From the IMG/VR virus record IMGVR_UViG_3300037515_000203, positions 1 to 41,676 of that record: a stretch of 41,676 nt of DNA. One strand, written 5' to 3'. The notes below the pieces were generated by a model that worked only from the letters and a program-made list of their open reading frames with translations, searched no databases and was not told the DNA's origin. Below, one piece after another: positions 1-10,230 of the stretch. Positions within the stretch are counted from its first letter, which is position 1. Each line of letters opens with the position of its first letter. Origin of the DNA: a virus (Duplodnaviria > Caudoviricetes). Made by a program: the position numbers and the translations under genes.

Positions 1-77
1 CACTCAGTCGCGAATTCACGAGCGGGAAATTCAGGAGGGGGGTATAGGCACAAGGGGTATCTCCCTAGGGTGAAATT

Positions 78-602
78 ATGAGTAATGTCGGACGGCCGGC
101 GGTGCCGGGAAATCTGCATCTGCTGCGAGGAAATCCGAGCAAGAAGCCGATGGCGGCTCTACTCGACGAGCAGGTGCGGCCAGCGGTGGCGATTCCGGAA
201 TGCCCGAAGCATCTCGACGCAGAGGCGCGAGCGGAGTGGTCACGGATCACGCCGCACCTGGAGAAGCTGGGGTTGATTTCGGAAATTGACATGGCGGCGC
301 TGGCCGGCTATTGCACGGCCTGGTCGGATTACGTGTGGGCGTCGCGGCGGATCGACGAGCTCAATAAGAAAGCGAAGGACAAGACAGGCGAGGCGGGCAG
401 GATCTGGGATACGCCCTCCGGTTACAAGCAGATCTCCGTGCCGATGCAGATCCGCAACCGGGCGCTCGAGCAGATGGCGAAGTTCCTCTCCGAGTTCGGC
501 ATGTCGCCGGCGGCGCGGTCGCGGGTGACGGCGAGCGATCCGCAGATGGGTCTGCCAGGCATGGACAAGCCGCAAGAGGGCGGATGGGGCGAATTCAAGT
601 AG
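78..602 (+). CDS. terS: Terminase small subunit (P27-like family)
   Basis: N-terminal GRP..P..L..LRGNPSK motif; C-terminal EFGMSPAARSRV motif; lies just upstream of TerL. Confidence 0.9.
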   Translation: MSNVGRPAVPGNLHLLRGNPSKKPMAALLDEQVRPAVAIPECPKHLDAEARAEWSRITPHLEKLGLISEIDMAALAGYCTAWSDYVWASRRIDELNKKAKDKTGEAGRIWDTPSGYKQISVPMQIRNRALEQMAKFLSEFGMSPAARSRVTASDPQMGLPGMDKPQEGGWGEFK

Positions 603-2359
603 ACCACGTCGCCGAGGCAATCGAGTATGCGCAGGAGGTCTTGGCCGGGATAGTCCCGGCGTGCAAGTGGGTGAAGGCGGCCTGCCAGCGGCAGCTCGAT
701 GATCTCGAGCGCTGGCGCGATGACCCCGACTGGCCGTATGAGTGGCGGCCGGCGCTCGCCGATCGGGTCATCCGGTTTGTCGGGATGTTCCCGCACGTCA
801 AGAGCGGGAAGTCCTGGACTGCGGGGACGCCGATCGAGCTCGTGCCGGCGCAGAAGTTCGGCTATGCCTGCGTGTTCGGATGGGTCAGCAAGGCGGATGG
901 CACGCGACGCTTCCGCACGGTTTATGAAGAGGTGCCGCGCAAGAACGCCAAGACGACACGGCTCGCGCCGATCTGCCTCTACATGCTCACGGCGGACGGG
1001 GAGATTGGCGCCGAAGTGTATTCGGCGGCGACCAAGGAAGAGCAGGCCCGGATCGTATTCGAGATCGCGCAGCAGATGGCGCGGCTCGAGCCCGAGTTCC
1101 GGGCCCGGTTCGGGGTGGAGGTGTTTCGCAAGGCACTCGTCGTACGGGGGACGGCATCCTCATTCAAGCCGCTGGCAGCGGATGCGGACAGCATGGACGG
1201 GCTCAACGTCAGCTTCGCGGGGGTTGATGAGCTCCACGCGCACAAGACGCGCGCAGTTTATGACGTGCTCGATTCCGGGCGCGGCTCGCGCGCGCAGTCG
1301 CTTTTGTGGTCGATCACGACGGCCGGATCGAACCGGGCCGGCGTCTGTTTCGACGTCAGAAGCTACCTGACGAAAATTCTCAACAGCGTATTGAAGCGGC
1401 ACGAAGGGCTTGGCTACCCGGTCAAGGGCGAGACGACCGAGGACGAAACGTTCTGGGGGATCATCTACACGATCGACGAGGGCGACGACCCGTTCGACGA
1501 GGAGGTCTGGCGCAAGGCCAATCCGCTTTATGGGATCTCGGTCGATCCCGAGGACATGCGCCGGATGGCAGGCGTCGCGCAAATCCAGGCGCAGGCGCTG
1601 AATGAGTTCCTGACCAAACGGCTGAATATCTGGGTCAACGCGGACTCGGCCTGGATGAACATGCTCCAGTGGGACGCGTGCGCGGACCGCAATCTCAAAA
1701 TCGAGGCCTTCGCCGGCGAGGAATGTGTCGTCGCGCTCGATGCCGCGTTCAAGAAGGACCTCTTCGCGAAGGTCAAGGTCTTTCGCAGGATGCTCGACGG
1801 CGTCGCGCACTACTACATTTTCGGGCGCTACTACACGCACGAGGAACTCGTTCAGATGAAGGGCAACGAACACCTGCAGGGCTGGGTGCGTGAGGGATGG
1901 ATCCGCATCAACCCGGGCAACGTCCTCGACATCGCGAGCGTGCGCGAGGAGTTGATCGGTCGCAAGGGGACGGATGGCAAGGTGGACAAGCCCGGCGACC
2001 TGCAGCAGCACCATCTGCTGGAAGTCGCCTACGATCCCGCGCAGCTCACGCAGTTCTCGACCGAGATGATGGCGGAGGGCGTGCCGATGGTGGAGATCCG
2101 CCCGACCGTCCTCAATTTCTCGCCGGCGATGAAGGAAGTCGAGGAGCTGGTCGTGTCCAAACGCCTGCACCACAGCGGCGACCCGGTGCTCACGTGGGCG
2201 ATCGCGAACGTCGTTTGCCATCGCGATGCGAAGGACAACATCTACCCGCGGAAGGACGACGCGGCGAAAAAGATCGACCCGGCAATCGCGCTCTTCATGG
2301 CGATGGCGCGTTTAATGGCTGCTGGCGCCCCGAAGGAATATACCCTCATAGTGCTTTAG
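584..2359 (+). CDS. terL: Terminase large subunit (HK97-like, Terminase_1)
   Basis: Walker A-like VPRKNAKTT, Walker B VDELHAH, ITTAG coupling motif, C-terminal KIDPAIA nuclease motif. Confidence 0.95.
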   Translation: MGRIQVDHVAEAIEYAQEVLAGIVPACKWVKAACQRQLDDLERWRDDPDWPYEWRPALADRVIRFVGMFPHVKSGKSWTAGTPIELVPAQKFGYACVFGWVSKADGTRRFRTVYEEVPRKNAKTTRLAPICLYMLTADGEIGAEVYSAATKEEQARIVFEIAQQMARLEPEFRARFGVEVFRKALVVRGTASSFKPLAADADSMDGLNVSFAGVDELHAHKTRAVYDVLDSGRGSRAQSLLWSITTAGSNRAGVCFDVRSYLTKILNSVLKRHEGLGYPVKGETTEDETFWGIIYTIDEGDDPFDEEVWRKANPLYGISVDPEDMRRMAGVAQIQAQALNEFLTKRLNIWVNADSAWMNMLQWDACADRNLKIEAFAGEECVVALDAAFKKDLFAKVKVFRRMLDGVAHYYIFGRYYTHEELVQMKGNEHLQGWVREGWIRINPGNVLDIASVREELIGRKGTDGKVDKPGDLQQHHLLEVAYDPAQLTQFSTEMMAEGVPMVEIRPTVLNFSPAMKEVEELVVSKRLHHSGDPVLTWAIANVVCHRDAKDNIYPRKDDAAKKIDPAIALFMAMARLMAAGAPKEYTLIVL

Positions 2360-2368
2360 GAGATTCGG

Positions 2369-4363
2369 ATGAACCGCGCGTATTCGATCCTGGAAGTGAA
2401 ACAGCTCGATGACGATCAGCGGGTGATTGAGGGGCTGGCGACGTCGCCGACGCCAGACCGCGTCGGCGACATCGTCGAGCCGGATGGCGCGGAATTCAGC
2501 CTGCCGCTGCCCCTCCTGTGGCAGCATGATTCGCGCCAGCCGATCGGGCATGTGACCCGCGCGAAGGTGAGCAAGGACGGCATCAGCATCACGGCACGTT
2601 TCGTCAAGATCGCTGAAGCGGGCCGATTGAAAGACCGTCTCGATGAGGCATGGCAATCGATCAAGAGCGGCCTGGTGAAAGGCCTCTCGATCGGCTTCCG
2701 CCCGACGAAAGATCCCGAGCCGCTGGATCCCAAGGATCCGTGGTTCGGAGGTCTACGCTTCACCGATTGGGAATGGCTCGAACTTTCGGCCGTGACCATT
2801 CCGGCGAATGCGGAAGCAACGATTCAAACCATCAAGAGCCTGGACCGGGCGAGCCTGAGCGCGGCGCTTCGCGCTAAGACGGCGGACGCGGGTGGCTCTC
2901 CTCCCACGCCGGGCGCTGCCGGCAAAACCGTGTACTTGAGGAACAAGGCTATGCCAACCATCAGAGAAAGCATTGCCGCGTATGAGGCCAAGCGGGCCGC
3001 TACGCTGGCCGCGGCGAACAAGGTCGCCGAGGCGTCGATCGCCAAGGGCGAATCGATGAACGAGGAAGATCAGAAGGAGTTCGACGGCTACCAGTCCGAG
3101 ATCGAGGTCATCGACGGGCAGATTGTCCGACTGAAGAACCTCGAGAGGCTGAATGCGGAGAAGGCAGTGGCCGTGCCGGCCAACGCGGGCACCGACGCTG
3201 AGGCAGCCGCAAAAGCAAGGGCGCCGGCGTTGTCCGGCGTGCGGGTGACGACGAAGCTTGAGCCGGGCATCCGGTTCGCGCGCATGGCGATGTGCGTCGT
3301 GCGGGCGCACATGGAGAAGAAGGGTTACACGCCCGAGGAATACTACCGCATGAATCAGCGGTGGATGGACACAGCGCCCGATGTCGCGATTGCGCTGAAG
3401 GCGAACGAGATCAACGCAGCCGACACGACCACTTCCGGCTGGGCCTCCCAGATCGCCTATGCGCAGGACATCGCCTCCGAGTTCATCGCGTATCTGCGCC
3501 CGATGACCATCATCGGCAGGATTCCGGGGTGGCGCCGCGTTCCGTTCAATATCCGCGTCGGTAGCATGACCACGGGCCTGACCGGGTACTGGGTGGGGCA
3601 AGGCCAGGGGATCCCGATGTCGCAGGGAGTTGTCGGCTCCGCGACGCTTGGCATCACAAAGGTCGCGGGCGTGACGGCGATCGACAAGGAACTCGCGCGG
3701 GTATCGAACCCCGATGCAGAGGCGCTGGTCCGGGGAGATTTGGCGAGAGCGTGCATCCAGGTCGCCGATCTCTCACTCATCGACCCCAACCAGGGCGGCG
3801 TCGCCAACGTCCAGCCGGCATCGCTCACCTACGGAGTGACTCCCGTCACGCCGACCGGGACGAACTACGCGGCGTTCGTTGCGGACTGGAAGTCCCTCAC
3901 CTCGACCGCTCTGGCGGCGAATCTGTCCATGGCGGGGGCGGTGCTGGTGATGTCTGAGGTTACCGCACAGGCGCTCTCGATGATGGTCACCTCGCTCGGC
4001 AACCCGCAATTCCCTGGGTTGACGATGACGGGTGGGATGATTCAGGGACTCCCGGTGATCACTTCCAGCCAGGCGACGATTGCCGGCTCGCCGCAGTTCG
4101 CCAATATCATCGTCCTGATTTTCCCGGGCGAGGTGCTCATGGCGGACGATGGCACGGTGACGGTCGAGGCAAGCGATCAAGTCTCCCTCGAGATGAAGGA
4201 CGCCACCGGCAGCACGATCCAGTCCACCGCAACGTCGGCCGGCGCCTCCATGGTCTCGATGTGGCAGACCGAGAGTATCGCCGTCAAGGCCGTCCGGTAT
4301 CTCAACTGGACCAAGGCGCGCACGCAAGCCTGCGCCTTCATTGAAGCCGCGGCGTACGCGTAA
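2369..4363 (+). CDS. Fused prohead protease and HK97-fold major capsid protein
   Basis: N-terminal protease motifs (DRVGDIV, LLWQHD, GLSIGF, ELSAVTIPAN), then a coiled-coil delta-like region and an HK97-type capsid body. Possible internal start at ATG 2951, 8 nt after GAGGA. Confidence 0.9.
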   Translation: MNRAYSILEVKQLDDDQRVIEGLATSPTPDRVGDIVEPDGAEFSLPLPLLWQHDSRQPIGHVTRAKVSKDGISITARFVKIAEAGRLKDRLDEAWQSIKSGLVKGLSIGFRPTKDPEPLDPKDPWFGGLRFTDWEWLELSAVTIPANAEATIQTIKSLDRASLSAALRAKTADAGGSPPTPGAAGKTVYLRNKAMPTIRESIAAYEAKRAATLAAANKVAEASIAKGESMNEEDQKEFDGYQSEIEVIDGQIVRLKNLERLNAEKAVAVPANAGTDAEAAAKARAPALSGVRVTTKLEPGIRFARMAMCVVRAHMEKKGYTPEEYYRMNQRWMDTAPDVAIALKANEINAADTTTSGWASQIAYAQDIASEFIAYLRPMTIIGRIPGWRRVPFNIRVGSMTTGLTGYWVGQGQGIPMSQGVVGSATLGITKVAGVTAIDKELARVSNPDAEALVRGDLARACIQVADLSLIDPNQGGVANVQPASLTYGVTPVTPTGTNYAAFVADWKSLTSTALAANLSMAGAVLVMSEVTAQALSMMVTSLGNPQFPGLTMTGGMIQGLPVITSSQATIAGSPQFANIIVLIFPGEVLMADDGTVTVEASDQVSLEMKDATGSTIQSTATSAGASMVSMWQTESIAVKAVRYLNWTKARTQACAFIEAAAYA

Positions 4364-4378
4364 CAACCCTCCCCTGTT

Positions 4379-4411
4379 GCATCCGGCCCTCTCGGGGGCC
4401 GGGTGCTTTTT
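4379..4411 (+). terminator. Rho-independent terminator after capsid gene
   Basis: GCATCCGGCCCT-CTCG-GGGGCCGGGTGC stem-loop followed by TTTTT. Confidence 0.7.
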
Positions 4412-4438
4412 CCAGCGCGCTTTAGAGAGGAGAACGCG

Positions 4439-4642
4439 GTGCGAAAGATGATTGCAGACCGGGAATTCACCTACCGCTCGGTCGAGTTGAAGGCGGGCGA
4501 AAGGTTCGACTGCGACGACGAGCATGTCTCGGTTTTCGAGGTGATCGGGTTTGCTCACGTTCCGAGGTCGCAGGCCTATTCCACCCGAGTGATGGAAGCG
4601 GACACCACCTCACGCCGTCGCCGGAAGGCCGAGACCGCTTGA
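4439..4642 (+). CDS. Small hypothetical head-module protein
   Basis: GTG start after GAGGAG; stop overlaps the portal start. Confidence 0.7.
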   Translation: MRKMIADREFTYRSVELKAGERFDCDDEHVSVFEVIGFAHVPRSQAYSTRVMEADTTSRRRRKAETA

Positions 4643-6033
4643 AGATCCTCGGCTGGCACGTTCCGTTCACGAAGCAAAGCGACACGAATCTCGTGACGCC
4701 CTTGCGCCCGCCGTTCGGTCTCTCGACGAGCTTCGGGCTCATTACGGAAGCCTTCGGGGGGATGTGGCAGCGCCATCTTCACCTGGACAACACGCAGTCG
4801 CAGCTCGCGTTCTCTGCGGTCTACGCGTGTATTGGGCTCATCTCCGGCGATATCGGCAAGATCCGCCTGCTGCTGCAACGCCGCAGCGAGGGCGACATAT
4901 GGGACGAAGCCGAATCGGGAGCGTTTTCGCCCGTCATCCGGAAGCCCAACCGCTACCAGACGCGGATGCAGTTCATCGAGCAGTGGCTGCTCTCGAAGCT
5001 TATCTGGGGGAACACCTACGTGCTCAAGGAGCGCGACCAGCGGGGCGTGGTAACGGCGATGTACGTGCTCGATTCCCAGCGCACGAAGCCGCTGATTGCC
5101 CCGGACGGGGCCATTTATTACCAGGTGCAGGAGGACTGGCTCGCCGGCGTCGACTTGGAGATCCCGGCGCTGCCGGCGTCTGAAATCATCCACGATCGGT
5201 CCAGGCCGCTCTTCCACCCGCTATGCGGCGTGCCGCCGCTTTGGGCGTGTGCGCTCTCGACGACGCAGGGGCGCCGCATTCAGACCATGAGCTCGCGTTT
5301 CTTCGAGAACATGTCGCGCCCGTCCGGTCAGTTGACCGCGCCCGGCACCATTTCGAACGAAACAGCCGAGCGGCTCAAGGATAAATTCGAGTCCACCTTC
5401 TCCGGAACCAATATCGGGCGGTTGCTCGTTTCAGGCGACGGGCTCAAGTTCGAGCCGATCAACGTGCCGGCCGACCAGGCGCAGTTGATCGAGCAGCTTG
5501 GCTGGTCCGTGGAGGACGTCTGTCGGGCCTACGGCGTGCCGCTCTACAAGGTTGCCGCACAGAAGGACGTCAAGGTCGATCCCGCGATGAAGCAGGAGTA
5601 CTACGACACGACGCTCTTCCCCTACATCGAGGCGATCGAGCTGCTGCTCGACGATGGACTTGCACTGCCCTCCGATATTGCCGTCAAGTTCGATATCGAG
5701 GAGCTTCTGCGCATGGATCCGAAAACGCGCTTCGAGCGCTACGAGGTCGGCGTGCGCTCCGCGGTGCTCGCACCCAATGAAGCGCGGGCGAGCGAGAATC
5801 TGAAGCCCGCGAAGGGTGGCGACACGCCGTTCCTGCAGCAACAGAACTGGCCCATTGCCGATCTCGCTGAATTTCACAAGCGGGAGATCGACGTGAAGAT
5901 CAACCCGCCGGCAGCGCCTGTGGCGGTAACTGAAGAGGAGGACGAGGAGGACATTCCGACTGAAGAGGAGGCTTTCAACCTTTTCGTGCAACGCGCCGAC
6001 GTTGCGCGCGAGAAGGCTAAATGTCAAAACTGA
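4639..6033 (+). CDS. Portal protein (HK97 family)
   Basis: AVYACI..IS.DI, KPNRYQT, GNTY, IIHDR, YGVP, PNEARA.ENL.P..GGD motifs. Confidence 0.93.
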   Translation: MKILGWHVPFTKQSDTNLVTPLRPPFGLSTSFGLITEAFGGMWQRHLHLDNTQSQLAFSAVYACIGLISGDIGKIRLLLQRRSEGDIWDEAESGAFSPVIRKPNRYQTRMQFIEQWLLSKLIWGNTYVLKERDQRGVVTAMYVLDSQRTKPLIAPDGAIYYQVQEDWLAGVDLEIPALPASEIIHDRSRPLFHPLCGVPPLWACALSTTQGRRIQTMSSRFFENMSRPSGQLTAPGTISNETAERLKDKFESTFSGTNIGRLLVSGDGLKFEPINVPADQAQLIEQLGWSVEDVCRAYGVPLYKVAAQKDVKVDPAMKQEYYDTTLFPYIEAIELLLDDGLALPSDIAVKFDIEELLRMDPKTRFERYEVGVRSAVLAPNEARASENLKPAKGGDTPFLQQQNWPIADLAEFHKREIDVKINPPAAPVAVTEEEDEEDIPTEEEAFNLFVQRADVAREKAKCQN

Positions 6034-6962
6034 CGCAGAAGCAGGAACGTCTCGCACAGGCGATCGGGCTGCTCACGCACCGCGCGGTCGAAGAGAAATG
6101 GCAGCCGCTGCTCGAACGTATCGCCGAGTGCGAGCGGAAAGCGGTCCCGGGCCCGCGTGGAGAAAAGGGCGAGGACGGCAAGAGCGTCGATACCGAATAC
6201 CTGTGGGGACAGATGGTCAATTTCATCACGAGTGAAATTGACCACAAGACGCAACCGCTGCTCGAACGTATCGCCGAGTGCGAGCGGAAAGCGGTCCCGG
6301 GCCCGCGCGGCGATCGCGGCGAAAAGGGCGATCGTGGCGAGGACGGCAAGAGTGTCGATACCATCGCGCTCCATGGTCTCATCAGCGAGCTCGTGTCCAA
6401 GGCATTCTCGAGCCTTCCTGTGCCCAAGGACGGGCGCGACGGCCGCGATGGCGCCGCCGGCCGCGATGCGCTGGAGCTCGAGGTGGTCGATCTCGACCCG
6501 CGCAAGAGCTACCCGCGCGGTACCTGGGCGAGCTTCCGCGGCGGCACGTTCCACGCCACGCGGCAGTCTGACGCTTTCGAGGAGCCGATCGAGCAGGACA
6601 CGCTGTCGCGAGCGGGCTGGCGCTGCATGCTTGACGGCATCCACGAAGAGCGCGAGGAATTCAGCGACGAGGATCGCGAGATCACCAAGACGACGATCTG
6701 GTCCAGCGGCAAGCAGACCGTCGCGACGCGCACCGGGCGCGGAACCATCTGGCGCGGCATCTATAAGCTCGACGTGGAATACCGGCGCGGCGATTGGGTC
6801 ACGTACGGCGGCTCGGGGTGGTACTGCCGTGCCGAGAAGAGCCAGGGCACCGTTCCTGGCGGCGGCTCCGAGGATTGGGTGCTCTGCGTCAAGAAGGGCG
6901 ACCCGGGCAAATCGGCGAGATCCGATCCGCCAGATGGTCCTAAGGTCGTCAAGTTCAGATGA
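6021..6962 (+). CDS. Portal-adjacent virion protein with collagen-like G-X-Y stretches and an internal duplication
   Basis: GPRGEKGEDG, GDRGEKGDRGEDG and DGRDGRDG stretches; C-terminal Y.RGD.VT.GGS.W...W.LCVKKG module. Confidence 0.75.
   Translation: MSKLTQKQERLAQAIGLLTHRAVEEKWQPLLERIAECERKAVPGPRGEKGEDGKSVDTEYLWGQMVNFITSEIDHKTQPLLERIAECERKAVPGPRGDRGEKGDRGEDGKSVDTIALHGLISELVSKAFSSLPVPKDGRDGRDGAAGRDALELEVVDLDPRKSYPRGTWASFRGGTFHATRQSDAFEEPIEQDTLSRAGWRCMLDGIHEEREEFSDEDREITKTTIWSSGKQTVATRTGRGTIWRGIYKLDVEYRRGDWVTYGGSGWYCRAEKSQGTVPGGGSEDWVLCVKKGDPGKSARSDPPDGPKVVKFR
6105..6307 (+). repeat. Intragenic direct repeat, 53 bp identical (6105-6157 and 6255-6307)
   Basis: Encodes QPLLERIAECERKAVPGPRG twice, 150 nt apart. 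Confidence 0.9.
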
Positions 6963-7555
6963 TCGTCAGGCAGCTCACTGTGCCGGCCTGGGAAGCCGCG
7001 ACACTCGACGAGGCGAAGCTGTGGTGCCGGGTCGACGATGACGACACCACGCAGGACGCGATGTTGTTGATGTTGATTGCCGCGGCCCGAGAGAAAGTCG
7101 AGGACATCACCGGGCTCGCGCTGGTGGAGCGCACGTTCGAGGTTCAGCTAGACGAGTTTCCGAAAGGGGACGCGCCCATACTGCTGCCCTATCCACCGCT
7201 GCAATCGGTGGACTATCTGCGCTACGCCACCGCGGACGGGGACGAGGAGATCGACGTGGGCAGCCCGACGTCGATCATCGTGGATTCCGCCAGCAAGCCC
7301 GCCCGCGTAAGTCCGCTCTACGCGGAGAGCTGGCCCGCGGCGCAAAAGCAACCGGGCTCCGTCCGGCTGGGCTACACGGCCGGCTACACGCATTCGAACG
7401 CGATCCCCCGGCGCGCGCGGCTGTGGATCCAGCAGCGGGTGTCGACCTGGTTCGACAACCGCGAGCACCTGGTAGGGGGGAACATGAAGGATCTTCCGCG
7501 CGACTTCGTCGACGGGCTGCTCGACGATCTTCGCTACCGGGAATTCTTCGCGTGA
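6959..7555 (+). CDS. Head-tail connector (gp6-like)
   Basis: TLDEAKLWCRVD, LI.AARE.VE..TG, WFDNRE motifs; position after portal. Confidence 0.85.
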   Translation: MIVRQLTVPAWEAATLDEAKLWCRVDDDDTTQDAMLLMLIAAAREKVEDITGLALVERTFEVQLDEFPKGDAPILLPYPPLQSVDYLRYATADGDEEIDVGSPTSIIVDSASKPARVSPLYAESWPAAQKQPGSVRLGYTAGYTHSNAIPRRARLWIQQRVSTWFDNREHLVGGNMKDLPRDFVDGLLDDLRYREFFA

Positions 7556-7587
7556 CAGGTGAGCCGCTCCTCGTCCGCGAGGGTGAG

Positions 7588-8274
7588 ATGAGCCGGGTCA
7601 ACCGGCTATGGGATGGCAGGACGGCGGTCTGCATCGCCACGGGGCCGTCGCTGACGCGCGAGCAGATTGAGCGGGTTAGAGCTTCGGGCGCCGCAACGAT
7701 CGCGGTGAATGACGCCTACCTTCTGGCCGATTTCGCGGATGTCTGCTATTTCGCCGACGAGAAGTGGTATCGCTGGCAGATGGAGGGCAAAGACAAGCCA
7801 GTCTTGGGACTTTCCGCGTCTGACGTTCAGGACCGCTGGCGGGGGTTTCGTGGCCAGAAGGTTTCGATCCGGATCGACGGGAAAGCGAGGCTCGTCGGTC
7901 CGGAGGTTCACCTGCTATGGAAAAGCAAGGCGATGGGACCGCTCTCACTGTCACCGACCGAGCTCTACACCGGGGCGCACAGCGGCTACCAGGCAGTCAA
8001 TCTGGCGGTGCTGTCCGGGGCGAACCGGATCATCCTGCTGGGTTACGACTTCCGGGAGGACGGCGGCCGGCATCATTTTTTCGGAGGCCATCCGGACAGG
8101 TCTAAGGTCGACTACGGAAACCGGCGTCAGTACGTGTTTCTCGCTGGCGCGTTACGGCCGCTGGGCATAGAAGTCCTCAATGCGACCCCTGAGAGCGCGA
8201 TAGGATGTTTCAGACGAGTGACGCTCGATGAAAGCCTATTGCCTGATCCGCCAGCAGCCGTGGTACCGGCGTGA
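7588..8274 (+). CDS. Putative glycosyltransferase, DUF115/Maf (sialyltransferase-like) type
   Basis: IATGPSL, IAVNDA, HSGYQAVNLA..GA.RIILLGYD motifs. Alternative start GTG 7552. Confidence 0.65.
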   Translation: MSRVNRLWDGRTAVCIATGPSLTREQIERVRASGAATIAVNDAYLLADFADVCYFADEKWYRWQMEGKDKPVLGLSASDVQDRWRGFRGQKVSIRIDGKARLVGPEVHLLWKSKAMGPLSLSPTELYTGAHSGYQAVNLAVLSGANRIILLGYDFREDGGRHHFFGGHPDRSKVDYGNRRQYVFLAGALRPLGIEVLNATPESAIGCFRRVTLDESLLPDPPAAVVPA

Positions 8275-9097
8275 GGCGTTCGTCCGCGGTCTGGAGGCGG
8301 ACGGGAACATCGTCAATGCAGGGCGTCCGGCCCGTGTCGACGCGCAGACGTTGGTGCTCATGTGGAACCGCTACGGCGAACTGCACGATCTCGCCTGCCG
8401 CGTCGAGAAGGCGGGCGGCACCGTTCTCGTCGCGGAGAACGGCTACCTTGGCCGCGGCGGCTCCGTGCCCAAGTGGGATGTGCATCCGCGTGGTCCGCGG
8501 CCGGATGGCTATTACGCGTTGGCGATCGGAGGGCACAACGGCAGTGGCACGTGGAAGAGCGGCGGACCGGAACGCTGGGAGCGGCTGGGCATCGAGCTTA
8601 AGCCGTGGCGAACGGAGGGCGGCCACGTCCTCATCTGCCCGAGCCGCAGTTTCGGCCGGCCCGACACGACGATGCCGGCGACGTGGGTGGAGCGCATCGC
8701 GGCGGAACTGCGGAAGTACACGAAGCGCGAGATCCGCATACGGAAACATCCGGGGAACAATGCGCCGGAGCGCCCGCTCGCGGAGGACCTTAAAGATGCC
8801 TGGGCGGTCGTGATCTGGGCGAGTTCGGCGGGGGTGCATGCGTTGATTGCCGGCATCCCGGTCGTCTGCATGGCACCGTGGTGGATCTGCAAGAACGCGG
8901 CGATCGACGACATTCATCAGGTTGATGCGTTCGATTTGTCCCAACCTTGGGAACGCATGGGCGCGGATGGGACACGACTCGAGGCAATGCAACGCCTCGC
9001 CTGGGCGCAGTGGACCATCGAGGAGATCGCCGGCGGTGAGCCCTTCCGTTACCTGCTATCCGATACCCGCCAAGCCGAAGGCGCTGCGGCTGTGTGA
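8228..9097 (+). CDS. Putative GT-B glycosyltransferase (capsule-synthesis KpsC/KpsS-like)
   Basis: ENGY, IRIRKHP, AVV..SSAG..ALIAGIPV motifs. Confidence 0.6.
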   Translation: MKAYCLIRQQPWYRREAFVRGLEADGNIVNAGRPARVDAQTLVLMWNRYGELHDLACRVEKAGGTVLVAENGYLGRGGSVPKWDVHPRGPRPDGYYALAIGGHNGSGTWKSGGPERWERLGIELKPWRTEGGHVLICPSRSFGRPDTTMPATWVERIAAELRKYTKREIRIRKHPGNNAPERPLAEDLKDAWAVVIWASSAGVHALIAGIPVVCMAPWWICKNAAIDDIHQVDAFDLSQPWERMGADGTRLEAMQRLAWAQWTIEEIAGGEPFRYLLSDTRQAEGAAAV

Positions 9098-9845
9098 GGC
9101 GTTCGCCGCGGGGGTGCGGGCGTGCGGCGGGCGGGCACAGGTATGCACGGAGCCGCCGGCGGAGCTCCTGCCCGGGGCGGCGGTGTTCTACGGCGTGCGG
9201 CCGGCGGTGGCGCACCTGTGGCGCCAGGCGAAGCAGCAAGGGCGGGACTGGTATTACATCGACAACGCTTACCTCGATGCGCACCGGGAGAGGTGCTTCC
9301 GGGTAACCAAGAACGCGGTCCAGGTGCAGGGGCCGTTCGTGCTGCCGGTCGATCATGAGTGGTTGTCGGGCACCATCAAAGTCGCGCCCTGGCGCAAGAG
9401 GGGCGATCACATCGTCGTCTGCCCACAATCCGAGGAGTACATGCGGGTTGTGGCCGAGTGGCCCGGGGACTGGCTCGCGGTGGTGACGCAGGAGTTGCGG
9501 CGGCTGACCGCCCGGCCGCTGCGGATCCGGAAGAAGGGCGAGACGCGGCCGCTCGCGGAGGACCTGAAAGATGCCTGGGCGCTGGTAACGCACACCAGCG
9601 CGGCGGCGATAGAGGCCGCGATCGCGGGCGTGCCGGTGTTCGTGACCGGACCGTGCGCTGCCGCGTGCATCTCGATGAATCAGGGCCTCTGCAGCTTCAA
9701 GCGCATCGAGGAGCGGCCGGCCGGTCCCGATATCCGGGCGACGTGGCTGGAAGGCCTCGTGCGCCTGCAATGGTCGGTCGACGAAATCCGCGCCGGCGCG
9801 GCGTGGCGGGCATGGAACGAGACAACCGAGGAGGCTGCGGCATGA
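9036..9845 (+). CDS. Putative GT-B glycosyltransferase, paralogue of 8228-9097
   Basis: DNAY, LRIRKK, SAAAIEAAIAGVPV; shares RPLAEDLKDAWA with the upstream gene; GTG start after GAGGAG. Confidence 0.6.
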   Translation: MSPSVTCYPIPAKPKALRLCEAFAAGVRACGGRAQVCTEPPAELLPGAAVFYGVRPAVAHLWRQAKQQGRDWYYIDNAYLDAHRERCFRVTKNAVQVQGPFVLPVDHEWLSGTIKVAPWRKRGDHIVVCPQSEEYMRVVAEWPGDWLAVVTQELRRLTARPLRIRKKGETRPLAEDLKDAWALVTHTSAAAIEAAIAGVPVFVTGPCAAACISMNQGLCSFKRIEERPAGPDIRATWLEGLVRLQWSVDEIRAGAAWRAWNETTEEAAA

Positions 9846-10219
9846 GCACGAAAGCGGTGGTGTATCCGGACTCGAACCGGATCGGGAAGTTCAACATCCT
9901 GCACGAGGTCCTGCAGAACGGGCGCGAGCGGGCGATGCTGCAGGCGCTGTTCGGGCTGTGCGTGGTGCTGGAGGCCTACGAGAACGAATCGGGCCGGGGC
10001 AAGACGTTCGTGGTCGCGAGCGATCTCTTCGAGCCGCTGCGCGAGGGCGAGGAAGTGCCCGAATACCGCATCGAGATGGCGCACCAGCGCGCATTCGAGC
10101 GCGAGGATCTCGAGCAGCGGCGCGTGAACAGCGGCGAATTCGGTTTCGTCGCTATCCGCAAAATCATCATGCGGGTACCGCCGGTATCCGTGCGCCTCGA
10201 TCCACAGTTACTTCACTGA
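9842..10219 (+). CDS. Hypothetical protein
   Basis: ATGA overlap with the upstream gene, GAGGAGG RBS, phage-like codon usage. Confidence 0.7.
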   Translation: MSTKAVVYPDSNRIGKFNILHEVLQNGRERAMLQALFGLCVVLEAYENESGRGKTFVVASDLFEPLREGEEVPEYRIEMAHQRAFEREDLEQRRVNSGEFGFVAIRKIIMRVPPVSVRLDPQLLH

Positions 10220-10230
10220 CGGAGGCCAAC

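Noticed and set aside
1-77. cos site
   Set aside because: The position upstream of terS is suggestive, but no cohesive-end sequence can be identified and the window may start after it.
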